This document shows, piece after piece, positions 29,554 to 39,206 of a stretch of DNA of 64,000 bases. Made by a program: the position numbers and the translations under genes. The DNA comes from Candidatus Latescibacterota bacterium (GTDB taxonomy: Bacteria; Latescibacterota; UBA2968; GCA-2709665): NCBI GenBank assembly GCA_965208835.1, contig OZ242358.1, positions 1,472,001 to 1,536,000 on the forward strand, read 5' to 3'. The notes beneath the pieces were generated by a model. That model saw only the letters and a program-made list of their open reading frames with translations. It had not been told where the DNA came from and did no database searches. Position 1 is the stretch's first letter, and each line of letters opens with the position of its first letter.

Positions 29554-32091
29554 ATGCAGGATCCGATGGAAATCAGGCTGCAGGTGGTGGAATCCGCGGG
29601 CGTCGCGAGGCGCGGTTGGCCCGTGACGAGAGGAGTCCCGCTTCCCGCGGGCACGATCTCTGATTCGTCCCTGCTGGGGGTGAAAGATGCGGACGGCCGC
29701 GCTGTAACCGCACAGTTCCGCGTGTTGAGTCGATGGCCTGACGGGAGTCTGAAGTGGGTCCTGACGGATTTTCGGGCGGATGTGCCGGCTGGCGGCGAGT
29801 CGACTTATACGGTGTGTCAGAACAACGTCGGGGCCAGGCAAGGCGACCAGGTCCATGTTCGCGAAGATGACGATAGATTTGTCGTATCGACGGGTCCCCT
29901 CCGGTTCGCCGTGAATCGCAGGAGGTTCTCTCTTGTGGAAACGGCGGCGCTGGGGCGGACAGAACCGGACGGGACATTTGTGCCGGAAGTGGAAGTCGCA
30001 GGCCCGGGCGGCGACGCCTGGGTGCGTATCCGCGAGTCGTTTCTGGGCGATGAAGGAAAGCGATACATCTACGGGATGGGCGGCGACTGCCTGGCATCCC
30101 TCGCGGAGGCCGTGTACGACGTGAGCGTGGAGGAGGCCGGTCCGCTCAGGGCCGTGATCCGGTGTGAGGGCGCATTCGAGGCCGATCTGCCGATGCACCA
30201 TTACGCGGGGTATCGGCCGTTTCGTTTCGTGACGCGCATCTACGCCTACGCGGGCCGGACTGAACTGCGCGTGCTGCTCACCGTGATTGCGGCATGCAAT
30301 CCGAGAGAGACAGAAATCGAGGAAATCGGCCTGCGCGTGCCCGCCGTACTGTCCGGTTCCGTGAATTACCGGGTCGCGGCGAGTCGGGAGATCGCCGGTA
30401 CGGCTGCCGCCGGTGAATCGCTGCTGCTTTCCCAGCGGCTTCACAATCACTTTCGTCTGGACCGTCGTCAGGACCGGCACAGTGTTACGCTCGCCGAAGG
30501 AGACCGGACGGAGGGCTGGATTGCCTGCGACGACGGCCGGGTGGGCGTTGGCGTTGGCCTGCGCTATATGCCGGAGGAATATCCGAAAGCGCTCGGGCTC
30601 TCCGGATCGGGCGGCGGGATCGACGTGTATTGCTGGAAGGATCCCGACGGTAAATGCCTTTCGCTGAAGCGGTATTCGGAGGCCGTGGCGTGGGATGAGG
30701 GCGAAGGCGTCTATTCGGATGGCACGGGTACATCCAAGACCACGGAGTTCTTCCTCAGTTTCTACCGGGCATCCCACAGCGCCGGCGTCCGGGAACGCCT
30801 GAGAGGCTGGCTGCGGGCGCCGCACGTATCCGTGGATCCGGCGTGGATGGCGGCCTGCGAGGCGACGGGAGGTTTTCAACCCGTCGACGAGGCACGTTTT
30901 CCGAAATCAGAGCGGATGATGTCGGGCTTTATCGACTGGCTGCGTCGCAATATCGAGATAGGCGCATGGTACGGTTATCACGACTGGGGCGACGCGCTGG
31001 TGGCCTGGGACCAGGGCACGGACGACTGGCGATTCTACGGCCGATGGGGCTGGTGCAACAGCGAATGGGATCCGAGGCACGGCGTATGGGTGCAGTATAT
31101 GCGTACCGGTCGCGCGGGTGACTTCCTGCTCGGCGAAGCGATGACCCGTCATTCGACGGACGTGGATACCTGCCATTATCACCCGTTCAGGCCCTATATG
31201 GTGGGTGGGTGTTTCCGGCACAGCGTGGACCATTTCGGTGATGAGAGTTGCGCGTCACACACGTTTCTTGACGGATGGATGGACCATTTCTACCTGACCG
31301 GGGACCTGCGGACGCTGGAGGTGATCCGCGAGGCCGGCGAGTTTCTGCTGCGTTACCGGTGGACCGAAGACCCGGCATACAGTTTCAGCCTGCGCAGCAT
31401 TGCGAATGCGCTGCGAGGCCTGCTCTACGTATATGAAGCCACGGGCGAGGAGCGGTTCAAGACGCGTGCGCTTGCCGTGTACGAGGTGATTGCGCGAGGT
31501 CAGAACGACGATGGAAGCTGGCACAAGCGGTTCCAGGTCTCCACGGCGGAACGGCTGTCGGACCAGAGGCCGTATGGCATGGCCACCGAGGGCACGACGC
31601 TGGCCGTGGAAATGGGTACGGCGGCGCCGTTTACCGACGCCGAGTTTCGCAAGTTGAGAGGCGAAGCAAAGACCACGCATCGGGTCTTGCCGGTCTCGGA
31701 GCAGAAGGGTTACCAGACGCATTACCTGATGGTCGGGCTGGAATTGCTTCACCGCCTCACGAACCGGGAAGACGTGGCGAAAGTCTACCTTCGGGCAGTC
31801 GACTGGTTCTGCGGCCGTCCGGACGGGCCGGATGCGCAGAAGGCCATCCAGGAGCGATACGGCGGCGTTCTGTGCCGGCACCTTGGCTATGCGTACCGGA
31901 TGACGGGGGACCGGAATTACCTGGTGATCGGTCAGGCGGTCTTGAAGGCCCTGATCGAGAGCCAGGACTGGGGAGACGATCCGAAACGCCGCGGGGCGGT
32001 GGAGATGAGTCCCATGCACATCAGTCTGCTGTTTTTCGGCGTTCCCTATTTTCTCGGCGCGTTGTCCCACGCGGGAATGGGAGAGGATTAA
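29554..32091 (+). CDS. PcRGLX/YetA-like (exo-rhamnogalacturonan lyase-like) protein
   Basis: WPVTRGVPLP, LSRWPDGSLKW, WYGYHDWGD, WCNSE and RHSTDVD motifs. Confidence 0.65.
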   Translation: MQDPMEIRLQVVESAGVARRGWPVTRGVPLPAGTISDSSLLGVKDADGRAVTAQFRVLSRWPDGSLKWVLTDFRADVPAGGESTYTVCQNNVGARQGDQVHVREDDDRFVVSTGPLRFAVNRRRFSLVETAALGRTEPDGTFVPEVEVAGPGGDAWVRIRESFLGDEGKRYIYGMGGDCLASLAEAVYDVSVEEAGPLRAVIRCEGAFEADLPMHHYAGYRPFRFVTRIYAYAGRTELRVLLTVIAACNPRETEIEEIGLRVPAVLSGSVNYRVAASREIAGTAAAGESLLLSQRLHNHFRLDRRQDRHSVTLAEGDRTEGWIACDDGRVGVGVGLRYMPEEYPKALGLSGSGGGIDVYCWKDPDGKCLSLKRYSEAVAWDEGEGVYSDGTGTSKTTEFFLSFYRASHSAGVRERLRGWLRAPHVSVDPAWMAACEATGGFQPVDEARFPKSERMMSGFIDWLRRNIEIGAWYGYHDWGDALVAWDQGTDDWRFYGRWGWCNSEWDPRHGVWVQYMRTGRAGDFLLGEAMTRHSTDVDTCHYHPFRPYMVGGCFRHSVDHFGDESCASHTFLDGWMDHFYLTGDLRTLEVIREAGEFLLRYRWTEDPAYSFSLRSIANALRGLLYVYEATGEERFKTRALAVYEVIARGQNDDGSWHKRFQVSTAERLSDQRPYGMATEGTTLAVEMGTAAPFTDAEFRKLRGEAKTTHRVLPVSEQKGYQTHYLMVGLELLHRLTNREDVAKVYLRAVDWFCGRPDGPDAQKAIQERYGGVLCRHLGYAYRMTGDRNYLVIGQAVLKALIESQDWGDDPKRRGAVEMSPMHISLLFFGVPYFLGALSHAGMGED

Positions 32092-32178
32092 CGAAGACCG
32101 CGGTGTCGTCCATGCGGGTACGTATCGCGGGAGACGCTCAGGCGGGCAGACGATAACCAGCGAATGGAGGTCGTAGAA

Positions 32179-33267
32179 ATGGCCGGTACGGGACGTGTCC
32201 GGGTGGGCATTCTGGGTCAGGGGCGCAGCGGCCGCGATATTCACGCGGAATGGCTGTGCCGCTGCCCTGAGAAATATACCATAGCAGCCGTGTCGGATCT
32301 GCTGCGAGACCGCCGCGACCGCGCGGTACGCGAGTTCGGGTGCGACGCATACGCGGACTATAAGGACGTGCTGGCGCGGGAGGACGTCGACCTTGTCGTC
32401 AATGCATTGCCCAGCCATCTGCATACGCAAAGTACCGTGGAAGCGTTCCGGGCCGGCCGTCACGTTGTCTGCGAAAAACCCGTGGCGCCAAGCACAGGCG
32501 ACTTTCGCCGCATGGTGGCCGCGTCCCGGCGGTCGGACAGAATCCTGGCGCCGTTTCAGCAATCCAGATACGCGCCGCATTTTCAGCAAATACGCAGGGT
32601 GATCGATTCAGGCATTCTGGGCCGGATCGTGCAGATCCGCATCGCGTTCAACGGATTCGCACGCCGGTGGGACTGGCAGACGTTGCAGGAATTCAAGGGC
32701 GGCAACCTACTGAATACCGGGCCGCACCCGATGGACCAGGCGCTCTGTCTGCTGGATTGGAAGAAGCCCGCCGTACAGTGCATCATGGACCGGACGAACA
32801 CGTATGGAGACGCGGAGGACCACGTAAAGGTGCTGCTGCGGCGGAAGGGGTCTCCCACGATCGATCTGGAGATATCCTCGTGTGACGCCTGGTCCGGAGA
32901 CATGTACCACGTCTGCGGGACCCGCGGCGGGCTGGCCGGCGGCGCTGACGGCGTCAGGTGGCGGTTCTACGACCCCGGGGCATCGCCGAAGCAGCGGCTG
33001 ACTCGAACGCCGCTTCCGGGTCCGAGCTATTGCAGGGAGGAGTTGGCGTGGACCGAGGCGTCGTGGGCGCCCGATGAAGCGGAGAAGGATGCGTTTACGT
33101 ACATGTCAAGAGCCTTTTATGATCATCTGTATAACGTCTTGAAGGACGGTGCGCAATTGTTCATCACGCCGGAACAGGTTGCCGTGCAGGTGGCGGTGAT
33201 GGAAGAATGCCACCGGCAGAACCCGCTATCCAGACGGAAGCCAAGAGGCTGGGAAAACGAAAGTTAA
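32179..33267 (+). CDS. Gfo/Idh/MocA family oxidoreductase
   Basis: GQGRSGRDIH, CEKP, RRWDWQT and NTGPH motifs. Confidence 0.9.
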   Translation: MAGTGRVRVGILGQGRSGRDIHAEWLCRCPEKYTIAAVSDLLRDRRDRAVREFGCDAYADYKDVLAREDVDLVVNALPSHLHTQSTVEAFRAGRHVVCEKPVAPSTGDFRRMVAASRRSDRILAPFQQSRYAPHFQQIRRVIDSGILGRIVQIRIAFNGFARRWDWQTLQEFKGGNLLNTGPHPMDQALCLLDWKKPAVQCIMDRTNTYGDAEDHVKVLLRRKGSPTIDLEISSCDAWSGDMYHVCGTRGGLAGGADGVRWRFYDPGASPKQRLTRTPLPGPSYCREELAWTEASWAPDEAEKDAFTYMSRAFYDHLYNVLKDGAQLFITPEQVAVQVAVMEECHRQNPLSRRKPRGWENES

Positions 33268-33290
33268 GCGCAAAGCACAGAGGATACGGT

Positions 33291-34409
33291 ATGGCGAATT
33301 CCAGTCGGACGGTTCTGGTCGGTTGCGGTGGTATGGGCCGCCAGCATCTGAAAGTCATCCGTGGGCTGCCCGACTTCGAGGTTGCAGCGATCTGCGACGT
33401 GTTCGACGGCGCCCTGAGGGAAGCCGGTGACGCATTCGATGTGGAGCTGCGGTACACGGACTTCGAGCGAATGTACGACGAGACGCGGCCCGATCTCGTC
33501 GTCGTTGCCACCCAGACCCGGGGGCATCGCGCGCCCGCGGTGGCGGCGCTGGAGCGGGGCATATCCGTACTCTGCGAGAAACCGATCGCCATCGATCCCG
33601 CCGAGGCGGACGAGATGGTCGCGGCGGCGGCCGCATCGGGCGCGAAGCTGGCGGTCAACCATCAGAGCCACGTAAGTTTAGCCATATTGACGGCGCGCGA
33701 TATGGTTCGCAGAGGGGATATCGGTCAGGTCGTGCTCGTGCGCGGACGGAACAAATCCGGGCGCCAAAGCGGAAACGAGTTTACGGAAATGGGAACCCAC
33801 GTCACCGATATGATGATGCGCTTCGGCGGCGTGCCCGGGTGGTGTTCCGGCAGCGTCTGGTATCAGGGACGCCTGGCGGGCGTCAACGACGTCATGGAGG
33901 CAAAGGAGATGTCACCGCGGGACCGCGATTCCGGCCCTGTAGCGGGCGACCGGGCGACGGCCCAGTACGGATTCGAGGACGGTATTCTGGGAGAAATTCA
34001 CTTCCTGAGATTCAAGAGCGCCATGAGCGAGAACTACGGCGTGGACGTTATTGGAACCGAAGGACAACTCTCGGTCCGTGCTTCGGGCCGGGTTGCGCAC
34101 GCCCTCTGGCACCTTCCCAGGCCCATGGAAGGGTTACCAGGGGGACACGGGGACTGGACGCCGGTTGCGTCGGGCGACTCCGGGGCCGAGGACTCGATTG
34201 CCAGGATGTACCGCCGGGTGGCCGAAGCGATCGAGTCGGGGACGGATCCGCCCTCGAACGGAGTCGACGCCCGGACGGCGTTCGAGATGATTCTCGGCAT
34301 CTACCAGTCCCACAGGGAAGGCGGGCGGCGGGTTGAATTACCGCTTTCAGACCGCCGGCATCCGCTGGAAGCGTGGCGGGATGAAACTTCAGGTTCGATT
34401 CGGAAATAA
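33291..34409 (+). CDS. Gfo/Idh/MocA family oxidoreductase
   Basis: GCGGMG, CEKP and GTH motifs. Confidence 0.9.
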   Translation: MANSSRTVLVGCGGMGRQHLKVIRGLPDFEVAAICDVFDGALREAGDAFDVELRYTDFERMYDETRPDLVVVATQTRGHRAPAVAALERGISVLCEKPIAIDPAEADEMVAAAAASGAKLAVNHQSHVSLAILTARDMVRRGDIGQVVLVRGRNKSGRQSGNEFTEMGTHVTDMMMRFGGVPGWCSGSVWYQGRLAGVNDVMEAKEMSPRDRDSGPVAGDRATAQYGFEDGILGEIHFLRFKSAMSENYGVDVIGTEGQLSVRASGRVAHALWHLPRPMEGLPGGHGDWTPVASGDSGAEDSIARMYRRVAEAIESGTDPPSNGVDARTAFEMILGIYQSHREGGRRVELPLSDRRHPLEAWRDETSGSIRK

Positions 34410-34411
34410 AT

Positions 34412-35485
34412 ATGTCGATTGCAGGACGTGTCAAAACGGCGAGAGACGAACTGGATGCCCACGTCAGGGAAACAGTTGACTGGCATTTCAGTCCGGACAC
34501 GGGGTGCCCGTTCTGGCTGGAATTCGCCGCAGGTCTGGATTTCGATCCGCGGCGGGAGATCGGCGGTTATGCGGACTTGAAGATCCTCGGTCATTTTCAG
34601 GACGACTGGCTGCGCGGCGGTCCGGTGCGCCGGTGGATTCCCGGGGGGAGCGCAGGGAAACGGACGTACGTCTTCGAAACCGGTGGATCAACAGGAGTGC
34701 CGAAGTATCGGATCAGCCAGGAAGACTTCCACGTCGACTACGAGATGTTCAGCAGGCACCTTTCGGACGAGACGTTTCCAAGGGGCGCCGACTGGCTGAT
34801 GCTGGGGCCCACGGGCCCGAGGCGGCTGCGGCTGGCGGTTGAATACCTCTGCCAGATTCGCGGCGGCATCTGTTTCCTTGTGGACCTGGACCCCAGATGG
34901 GTCAACAAGCTGATCGCGCGCGGCGCCCTACAGGAGCTGGATCTCTATAAGGCCCACGTGATCGATCAGGCGTTGACCATTCTGCGTGCGAACGACAATG
35001 TGAAGTGCATGTTTACGACGCCGAAGCTTCTGGAAGCGATCTGTGAAAAGATCTCATTGAAAAAGGCCGGCATTTCGGGGATATTTTGCGGGGGGACCGA
35101 GATGGATGCGCAGTTCAACCGTTTCGCCAGGGAGGAACTGATTCCCGGAATCGACTTCGTGCCGACGTATGGAAATACGTTGATGGGACTGGCCTGTTCC
35201 AAGCCCCTGGAACCTTCGGACAACTTCGCCATTACCTATTATCCGCCCCTCCCGCGTGCCGTGATCGAACTCGTGGACCCCGACGATCCTGACGTACCGG
35301 TGGAATACGGCGCCGTCGGGCGGGTGATGCTGACGACCCTCACCCGGGAGTTCTTCATGCCGCGGTTCCTGGAAAGGGACGAGGGCGAGCGGGCGGAACC
35401 GATCGAGGCATTTCCCTGGGACGGGGTGAGGAATCTGGGTCTGTTCTCGGAAATGCAGGAGTCGGTCGTGGTCGGCGTATATTAG
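34412..35485 (+). CDS. GriC/EhpF-like short adenylate-forming enzyme (aryl-carboxylate reductase component)
   Basis: WHFSPDTGCPFWL...LDFDP, VFETGGSTGVPK, GGTEM, YGNTL and ERD motifs; lacks the C-terminal domain of full CoA ligases. Confidence 0.7.
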   Translation: MSIAGRVKTARDELDAHVRETVDWHFSPDTGCPFWLEFAAGLDFDPRREIGGYADLKILGHFQDDWLRGGPVRRWIPGGSAGKRTYVFETGGSTGVPKYRISQEDFHVDYEMFSRHLSDETFPRGADWLMLGPTGPRRLRLAVEYLCQIRGGICFLVDLDPRWVNKLIARGALQELDLYKAHVIDQALTILRANDNVKCMFTTPKLLEAICEKISLKKAGISGIFCGGTEMDAQFNRFAREELIPGIDFVPTYGNTLMGLACSKPLEPSDNFAITYYPPLPRAVIELVDPDDPDVPVEYGAVGRVMLTTLTREFFMPRFLERDEGERAEPIEAFPWDGVRNLGLFSEMQESVVVGVY

Positions 35486-35496
35486 CGGGAAGGTAT

Positions 35497-36939
35497 ATGA
35501 TCCGGGAGGATCGCGTGACCCATATCCCGGTTTTACGTGCAGGGAATCCATACACGAGTCTGGACGTCCAGGAAGTTCCGCACGTTCAGACCGGAGAACC
35601 GCTGGTGCGGGTCAGCCAGGCGAATCCGGGTCTGATCGCGAAAGACCTCAACGCCGCGGACGCGAATAAGCGAGCTCTGGAAGCGCTGAGCGTTTCCGAT
35701 CTTGCAGCCATCACGCGAAGGGCAGGCCGGCTGTTCGCAGAGGCGGAGCTTCCGCTTGATGGCCTGTCGCAATCGCCAGGGGACTATGTCCGCCAGGTCT
35801 CGGGGACAACGGGAATTCCTGAAACCCTTTGCCGGGAGAATCTGGAAAAAATCCGGTTGGCCTGCAGCCAGATCGACGACGTGCTCGCCGGTCTGACGCG
35901 TGAGCTGGATCTGTCGGTGCTGGACAGGGGGTGGGCTTCGGAAAACGGCAGGCCGTTGAGCTATGTCTGCCAGACCGACGCGCTTGGCGCGGTATTGCCG
36001 AGCAATTCGCCGGGCGTGCATTCGCTCTGGGTCCCGGCAACGGCACTGAAGGTGCCTCTCGTGCTGAAACCCGGCAGGGAGGACCCGTGGACGCCGTACC
36101 GGATTGCACAGGCGTTTAACGCCGCGGGATGTCCGGGCGAAGCGTTTGGCATTTATCCCACAGGGCACGCGGGCGCGAACGAAATCCTCCTGCGTTGCGG
36201 GCGCTCTCTCTTGTTCGGAGGCGGCGCCACGGTCGCGCCGTGGCTGCACGATCCGCGGGTATCGATCCATGGTCCGGGCCGCAGCAAGGTGGTTCTGGGA
36301 GAAGACCTGGTCGACCGCTGGGAGGACTTCCTGGATGTGATCGTGGTTTCCATCGCGGCCAACGGAGGGCGTTCGTGCATCAATGCGTCCGGCGTCTGGA
36401 CGCCCGCGTACGGACGCGAGATTGCCGATGCGATTGCGCAGCGCCTCGCACAGATCGAGGCGCGGCCGCTGAGCGACCCGGAAGCCCGGATTGCCGCGTT
36501 TGCCAATCCGGCCGCGGCTACCGGGCTTTCCAATATCATCGACGTCCATCTGAAGCGCGGCGGCGCGGAGGACCTGACCGCGGGCCTGCGCGGGAGCCGG
36601 CTTGTCGAACTGGACGGCCTGACGTTCCTGAACGCGACCCTTGTATGGTGTGGCTCCCCCGAACACCCCCTGGCGAATACCGAATTCCTGTTCCCCTTCG
36701 CGAGCGTGGTCGAGGCGCCGCAGGCGGAGGTGGTCCAGGGGATCGGGCCCAGCCTGGTGGTCACGGTGTTGACAGAGGATGAAGACCTCGTCGGAGACTT
36801 GCTGAATTCACCCCACGTGGATCGACTGAACGCGGGGCCGATTCCCACGAACCGGATTTCATGGGACCAGCCGCACGAAGGCAATTTGTTCGATCACCTC
36901 TACCGTCAGCGGGCGTTTCAGTTCGCGCACGGCGCTTAG
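35497..36939 (+). CDS. Aldehyde dehydrogenase-fold protein (GriD/LuxC-like acyl reductase)
   Basis: LPSNSPGVHSLW, LKPG, HGPGRSK, NGGRSCINAS (catalytic Cys), EFLFP and PHEG motifs. Confidence 0.8.
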   Translation: MIREDRVTHIPVLRAGNPYTSLDVQEVPHVQTGEPLVRVSQANPGLIAKDLNAADANKRALEALSVSDLAAITRRAGRLFAEAELPLDGLSQSPGDYVRQVSGTTGIPETLCRENLEKIRLACSQIDDVLAGLTRELDLSVLDRGWASENGRPLSYVCQTDALGAVLPSNSPGVHSLWVPATALKVPLVLKPGREDPWTPYRIAQAFNAAGCPGEAFGIYPTGHAGANEILLRCGRSLLFGGGATVAPWLHDPRVSIHGPGRSKVVLGEDLVDRWEDFLDVIVVSIAANGGRSCINASGVWTPAYGREIADAIAQRLAQIEARPLSDPEARIAAFANPAAATGLSNIIDVHLKRGGAEDLTAGLRGSRLVELDGLTFLNATLVWCGSPEHPLANTEFLFPFASVVEAPQAEVVQGIGPSLVVTVLTEDEDLVGDLLNSPHVDRLNAGPIPTNRISWDQPHEGNLFDHLYRQRAFQFAHGA

Positions 36940-36949
36940 GGTTCCGTGA

Positions 36950-38065
36950 ATGGAGCCTTTCGACCACCATCCTTCGCCCCGGGTGATCTTCGGGGCGGGC
37001 ACGCTGGCGCGGCTCGCGGACCTGGCGGGTGGACTGGGAGGCGGGCGAATCCTGCTCGTGACCGATCCGGGCATCGTCAACGCCGGGATCGCTGACAGGG
37101 CGCTGTCCCTGCTGCGGGGAGCGGAACGAGATGTCTGTCTGTTCGACGGCGTGGACGAGAACCCGACGACGGCCCACGTGGACGCGGGGGTGGAGGCGGC
37201 TGCGGCGCACGGCGGGATCGGTCTCATCGTGGGCCTGGGCGGCGGCAGCGCAATGGATTGCGCCAAGGGGATCAATTTCATCCTCACCAACGGCGGACGG
37301 ATGGAGGCCTACTGTGGGATGGGCAGGGCGCGCCGGCCGATGCTGCCGTCGATAGGCGTTCCGACGACCGCGGGGACAGGCAGCGAAGCCCAGTCCTACG
37401 CGTTGATCTCAAGGCCGGATACGCACGAAAAGATGGCCTGCGGCGACCTCAAGGCGCGTTTTCGCGGCGTCATTCTGGATCCCGATCTCACCGCGAGCGC
37501 ACCGGGACATGTGGCCGCCGCGGCGGGGATCGACGCCATCGCCCATGCCGTGGAAAGCTGTGTGTGTACGCGTCGGAACCCGGTTTCGCGCATGTACGCG
37601 CTGGAGGCGTGGCGTCTGCTCGCATCGGGATTCGAAGAGGCGCTGGCGCCGGCGGCCGGCGGGGAAGCCAGGTCGGCCATGCTCCTGGGCGCGCATTTCG
37701 CTGGAGCGGCGATCGAGAATGCCATGCTGGGCGCCGCCCACGCCTGCGCCAACCCGCTTACGGCCCGTTACGGAATCCCACACGGCGTCGCGGTGGGCTT
37801 AATGCTTCCGTCGGTGATCCGGTTCAATGGAGAAACAGATGGCGCGCTCTACGGAGGCTTCGGGTTGACCGCGGGTGCGCTGGCGGAACGGATCGAAGGG
37901 TTCAGGCGGACGGCGGATCTGCCCGGCTGCCTCGGCGATCTCGGGGTTGAACGGGATCGGCTTCCGGAATTGGCGGCCGAGGCGGCGACCCAGTGGACCG
38001 GGACGTTCAATCCGCGGCCGGCCCGCGAAGCCGACTTTCTGGCGTTATATGAAGAGGCATATTGA
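36950..38065 (+). CDS. Iron-containing alcohol dehydrogenase
   Basis: GGGSAMDCAK, PTTAGTGSE, DAIAHAVE, HACA and PHG motifs. Confidence 0.92.
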   Translation: MEPFDHHPSPRVIFGAGTLARLADLAGGLGGGRILLVTDPGIVNAGIADRALSLLRGAERDVCLFDGVDENPTTAHVDAGVEAAAAHGGIGLIVGLGGGSAMDCAKGINFILTNGGRMEAYCGMGRARRPMLPSIGVPTTAGTGSEAQSYALISRPDTHEKMACGDLKARFRGVILDPDLTASAPGHVAAAAGIDAIAHAVESCVCTRRNPVSRMYALEAWRLLASGFEEALAPAAGGEARSAMLLGAHFAGAAIENAMLGAAHACANPLTARYGIPHGVAVGLMLPSVIRFNGETDGALYGGFGLTAGALAERIEGFRRTADLPGCLGDLGVERDRLPELAAEAATQWTGTFNPRPAREADFLALYEEAY

Positions 38066-39206
38066 GGTTCGCGCGAGGCAAAGAGCAGGGTGCATATGGA
38101 ACATTTTGCTCCCTTTGTGCATCTTGTACGTACCGGTTTCCGTCTGCGTCGCCGGGGAGACGTCATGGCCGCAGTTCAGAGGCGACGCGCAATCCACGGG
38201 ACACGCGCGGGATTCGCTGCCCGACAGCCTGGTTGTCCTGTGGGCTGCCCGGGTGCCGGAAGGCATCGAGTCCACCGCGGCGATCCGTTATGGAATGGTT
38301 TTCGTTGGCGGGCTGGACGGAAACCTCTATGCATTTGATTTTGTAACCGGGGCGTTGAAATGGAAGTATTCCGCCGGCGGAGAAATAAAGGCTTCTCCGC
38401 TGGTGGCGGGTGACCGGGTTTTCTTCGGAGACGGTAACGGCGGCTTTCACGCCGTGGACGCGTCAACCGGGAAGGGGTTGTGGACGTACCGGACCGAAGG
38501 GGAGATCATCTCTTCCGCCGCGTCGTACGAAGGCCGGGTGATCTTCGGGTCCTACGATCAGTTCCTCTACTGCCTCACGATGGAGGGCGGGAGCCTGGTG
38601 TGGAAGGTGGAGACGGAGGGATACGTTCATGGGTCCCCGGCCCTTTGGGGCGGACGCGTACTCGTCGCCGGTTGCGACGGTCTGCTGCGCATGGTGAACG
38701 CGGCTGCAGGAGACGAAGTCTCACGGGTGGAACTGTCCGACTACGTGGCGGCCAGTGTTGCCGTGCGCGGCGGACGGGCCTACGCGGGTACGTTCGGTAA
38801 CCAGGTCATGGGTCTGGACCTGTCGGCGGAGAAGGTCCTGTGGCGGTACGAGCACCCCAGCCGCAAGTTTCCATTTTACGCGTCCCCGGCGGTCACGGAA
38901 GAACACGTGATCGTCGCCGGGCGTGACAGGATGGTGCGAGCGCTTCGCCCCGGCAGCGGCGGTGTGTTGTGGATTCGTGCGTTTCGTTCCCGGCTGGACT
39001 CGTCGCCGGTGGTTGCGGGCGACCGGGTGTTCGTGGGCACGACCGGCGGGAGGATTCTGGCGCTGGATCTGAAGACGGGCGAACCGGGATGGGAATTCCC
39101 GACCGGTTCGGCGGTGCTGGCTTCGCCGAGCGTGGCCGGCGGCAGGCTCGTAATCGGAACGGCTGACGGGACTTTGTACTGTTTTGGCAGTGAGGCGGGA
39201 GAATGA
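38049..39206 (+). CDS. Secreted PQQ-like beta-propeller repeat protein
   Basis: Hydrophobic N-terminus, WPQFRG, and repeated SP...G.....D..TG...W units; overlaps the ADH stop. Confidence 0.85.
   Translation: MKRHIEVRARQRAGCIWNILLPLCILYVPVSVCVAGETSWPQFRGDAQSTGHARDSLPDSLVVLWAARVPEGIESTAAIRYGMVFVGGLDGNLYAFDFVTGALKWKYSAGGEIKASPLVAGDRVFFGDGNGGFHAVDASTGKGLWTYRTEGEIISSAASYEGRVIFGSYDQFLYCLTMEGGSLVWKVETEGYVHGSPALWGGRVLVAGCDGLLRMVNAAAGDEVSRVELSDYVAASVAVRGGRAYAGTFGNQVMGLDLSAEKVLWRYEHPSRKFPFYASPAVTEEHVIVAGRDRMVRALRPGSGGVLWIRAFRSRLDSSPVVAGDRVFVGTTGGRILALDLKTGEPGWEFPTGSAVLASPSVAGGRLVIGTADGTLYCFGSEAGE

Noticed and set aside
34412-36939. Phenazine, grixazone or lux operon
   Set aside because: Only the adenylase/reductase pair is present; phzA-G, griH/I and luxAB/D are absent from the window.
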